This document shows positions 62,240 through 64,000 of a stretch of DNA of 64,000 bases, piece after piece (within the stretch, counting starts at the first letter, position 1; each line of letters starts with the position of its first letter). Under the pieces are notes generated by a model. It did not search any database, was not told the origin of the DNA, and was given only the letters and a program-made list of their open reading frames with translations. The stretch covers positions 604,062 to 668,061 of the forward strand of contig CBDCOW010000001.1 of assembly GCA_965219875.1 (NCBI GenBank), written 5' to 3'. The stretch is from Dehalococcoidia bacterium (GTDB lineage Bacteria > Chloroflexota > Dehalococcoidia > SHYB01). A program made the translations under genes and the position numbers.

Positions 62240-62455
62240 TGCGGTTCGAGTCTCCGCAGGATCACCATTCTTGATGGTAGACAGTACTGAGCCGTCTAGG
62301 GCCATCTCCACGGCTTTCCCGCCGGGTATCAGGCAGTCGTCGGGCATGGGTATGGTGTAGGGCACCACAGCGTTGCCGGGTCTCACCACGATCCCCTTGA
62401 CGAAGCTCTCGATGAAGGCCCTGCGCTCCGTCAGCTCACTCTCGTTAAGAAACCG
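62240..62455 (-). pseudogene. C-terminal remnant of a large serine recombinase running into a tRNA-like 3' end
   Basis: ERRAFIESFVKGIVV..YTIPMP...VLSTIKNG; + strand GTTCGAGTCTCCGCAGGATCACCA. Confidence 0.65.
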
Positions 62456-62646
62456 CCCTCGCTTCGAAGCTCCGTTCACACTGGGCCAACGGGCGCTGGT
62501 TCGAATCCACGACCGCGCCTTCACCGGTTAAAGCCTGGAATCCCAGAGAGCCTGTCTCGGCCCACGGTCTGCTGCCGTGGTATCCTCGCCGGAACGAAAC
62601 CCGACGCGCAAGGCGGCGTGAGCTGACGCTTTGCGGAGAAGCGCCC

Positions 62647-63129
62647 ATGGCTGCGAACGATGAACGAGAAGTCCTTATCCAGACCCTGGACAAGACGGTA
62701 AGGGAGGGCTTGGGCTTCTTTGGCAGGCTCGCGGACACCCCCGTCAGAGTAGGAGTTTGGGGCCCGAAAGAGGTGCTCTCACACTTTCTTTTCTACCACC
62801 AACTGGCTGTCGAGGGCATGAAGTCCAGGCGCGGTGGAGGGGCTCCGTACAAGATGGATGCGCACGTGGACCAGCTCAACGCCCGCGCAGTGGCCCGCGA
62901 GGCTGGGAGAACCATCGAGGAGTTAGTCGCAGACATCCAGCGAGCCCATAAGGACCTTCGAGAGGAAGGTCGTCTGGCTCCCGACTTGGGAGCTGTGGCG
63001 GTCGTTCGTTGGGATGACACGACGTCAACCGTGCGCCATCGGTTCACGTCCTACAACGATCACTGGTTGGAACACATGCGGGACTGGACAGCAGCCATCA
63101 ACGAACTCGAGGGCCGAACGATCGAATAG
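62647..63129 (+). CDS. DinB/YfiT-like protein
   Basis: WGPKEVLSH, LNA, HWLEH. Confidence 0.7.
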   Translation: MAANDEREVLIQTLDKTVREGLGFFGRLADTPVRVGVWGPKEVLSHFLFYHQLAVEGMKSRRGGGAPYKMDAHVDQLNARAVAREAGRTIEELVADIQRAHKDLREEGRLAPDLGAVAVVRWDDTTSTVRHRFTSYNDHWLEHMRDWTAAINELEGRTIE

Positions 63130-63176
63130 GGGGAGGCAGATACGGCGCCAGCTTGCACACGCGGGAGTCGCTACAC

Positions 63177-63520
63177 GACATCGGCGGATTCGTCTACGAC
63201 AGCAACTCGGTGAGCAACGACCTGCCCTACTACACGACCGTCAACGGGCAGCCATGGCTCGTGATTCCGTACACCCCCGAAGGCAACGACGCACGCTTCT
63301 GGAGGCGTGGCCTGGTCAGCACGGAAGACTTCTACCAGTACATGAAGGACTCCTTCGAATGTCTCTACGAAGACGAAGAGGGGGAAGGAGACACCGAAGA
63401 TGATGTCCGTAGGTCTCCACTGCCGCATCGCAGGACGGCCGCCACGCTCGGTCGCAGTAGAGCGCTTCCTCGAATGTGTGACAGCCTGTCCTAAGGTTGA
63501 ATGGCACGCCGCATCGACAT
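63177..63520 (+). pseudogene. C-terminal fragment of a PuuE-like polysaccharide deacetylase, frameshifted
   Basis: YDS..NDLPY, IPY..ND, then MMSVGLHCRIAGRP in another frame. Confidence 0.75.
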
Positions 63521-63589
63521 CGCGAATTGGCGGCTCGACGATTGAGCGAACCTCCGGCCACGTGGCGAGCGGGCTGACGCGGAATACCC

Positions 63590-63781
63590 ATGAAAGAATC
63601 GCCTGACGGGTTGAACATGGATGGGTTACGGGCGCTGGCGGAAGCGTCGGGCCTGTCGATACCGGAAGAGGACCTCCAAGAGGTCGCATTCCGGCTCAAG
63701 GCACTGATGATCGAGGTCAAGAAAGTGGAGGGCCTCGATCTGGCAACGAGAGACCCGAATCCACTCTTTGCAAACGAGTAA
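63590..63781 (+). CDS. Small GatC-like protein preceding an amidase
   Basis: LAEASGL.IPEEDL..VA..L; directly upstream of an amidase start. Confidence 0.55.
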   Translation: MKESPDGLNMDGLRALAEASGLSIPEEDLQEVAFRLKALMIEVKKVEGLDLATRDPNPLFANE

Positions 63782-63785
63782 CGAC

Positions 63786-64000
63786 ATGCCGGTCCCGGAA
63801 CTAACGAGCTACACGGTGAGCAGCCTCGCGAAGCTCATCCGGCAAAAGAAGGTCGCGCCAGTTGAGGTCGTCGAGGGTTGCGTGGATCTGGTCCGTGACC
63901 AGATGATGGAGGCGTTCCAGCGGTTCGACATCCTTCTTTCACCCATCGCGCATGCCCCTCCGGTAACCATCGACGAAGGCACCCGCCCCTTTTCGAGCGA
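63786..64000 (+). pseudogene. Amidase with large internal deletion (runs off the window)
   Basis: N-terminal LIRQKKVAPVEVVEGC joined directly to C-terminal AFQRFDILLSP. Confidence 0.65.

Noticed and set aside
62190-62270. Complete tRNA (including tRNA-Sec)
   Set aside because: Only a 3' end with an imperfect T-stem; I could not fold D or anticodon arms.

Overview
High-GC bacterial chromosome segment. Gene content (many LLM, SDR and SnoaL paralogues, peptide-type ABC systems) suggests Chloroflexota, Dehalococcoidia/SAR202-like; this is inferred, not proven. In order: yidD-rnpA-rpmH; a RuBisCO-like-protein methionine-salvage operon (mtnD-W-X-B); small accessory inserts next to tRNA genes (five tRNAs in all: Met, Val, Gly, Lys, Leu); an IS5-family element nested inside one of its own MITEs; a ~28 kb catabolic cluster (19.2-47.3 kb) with three divergent DRE-TIM-fold paralogues; purF-purM-purH; gap; an M20D amidohydrolase; and a decaying recombinase-associated island at the right end. 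Top candidate: the M20D amidohydrolase (57266-58447) has an in-frame TGA exactly at the metal-ligand Cys of MHACGHD, followed by a hairpin whose loop contains GGUCU, like a bacterial SECIS. It is therefore a candidate selenocysteine metallohydrolase. Other highlights: recursive IS5/MITE insertion into CTCTCCC-Nn-GGGAGAG hairpins, DRE-TIM enzymes lacking the D-R-E motif, PurH with a degenerate cyclohydrolase domain, an HD phosphohydrolase split by a TAG, and a collagen-stalked solute-binding lipoprotein. All calls come from reading motifs by eye; no database searches were run.
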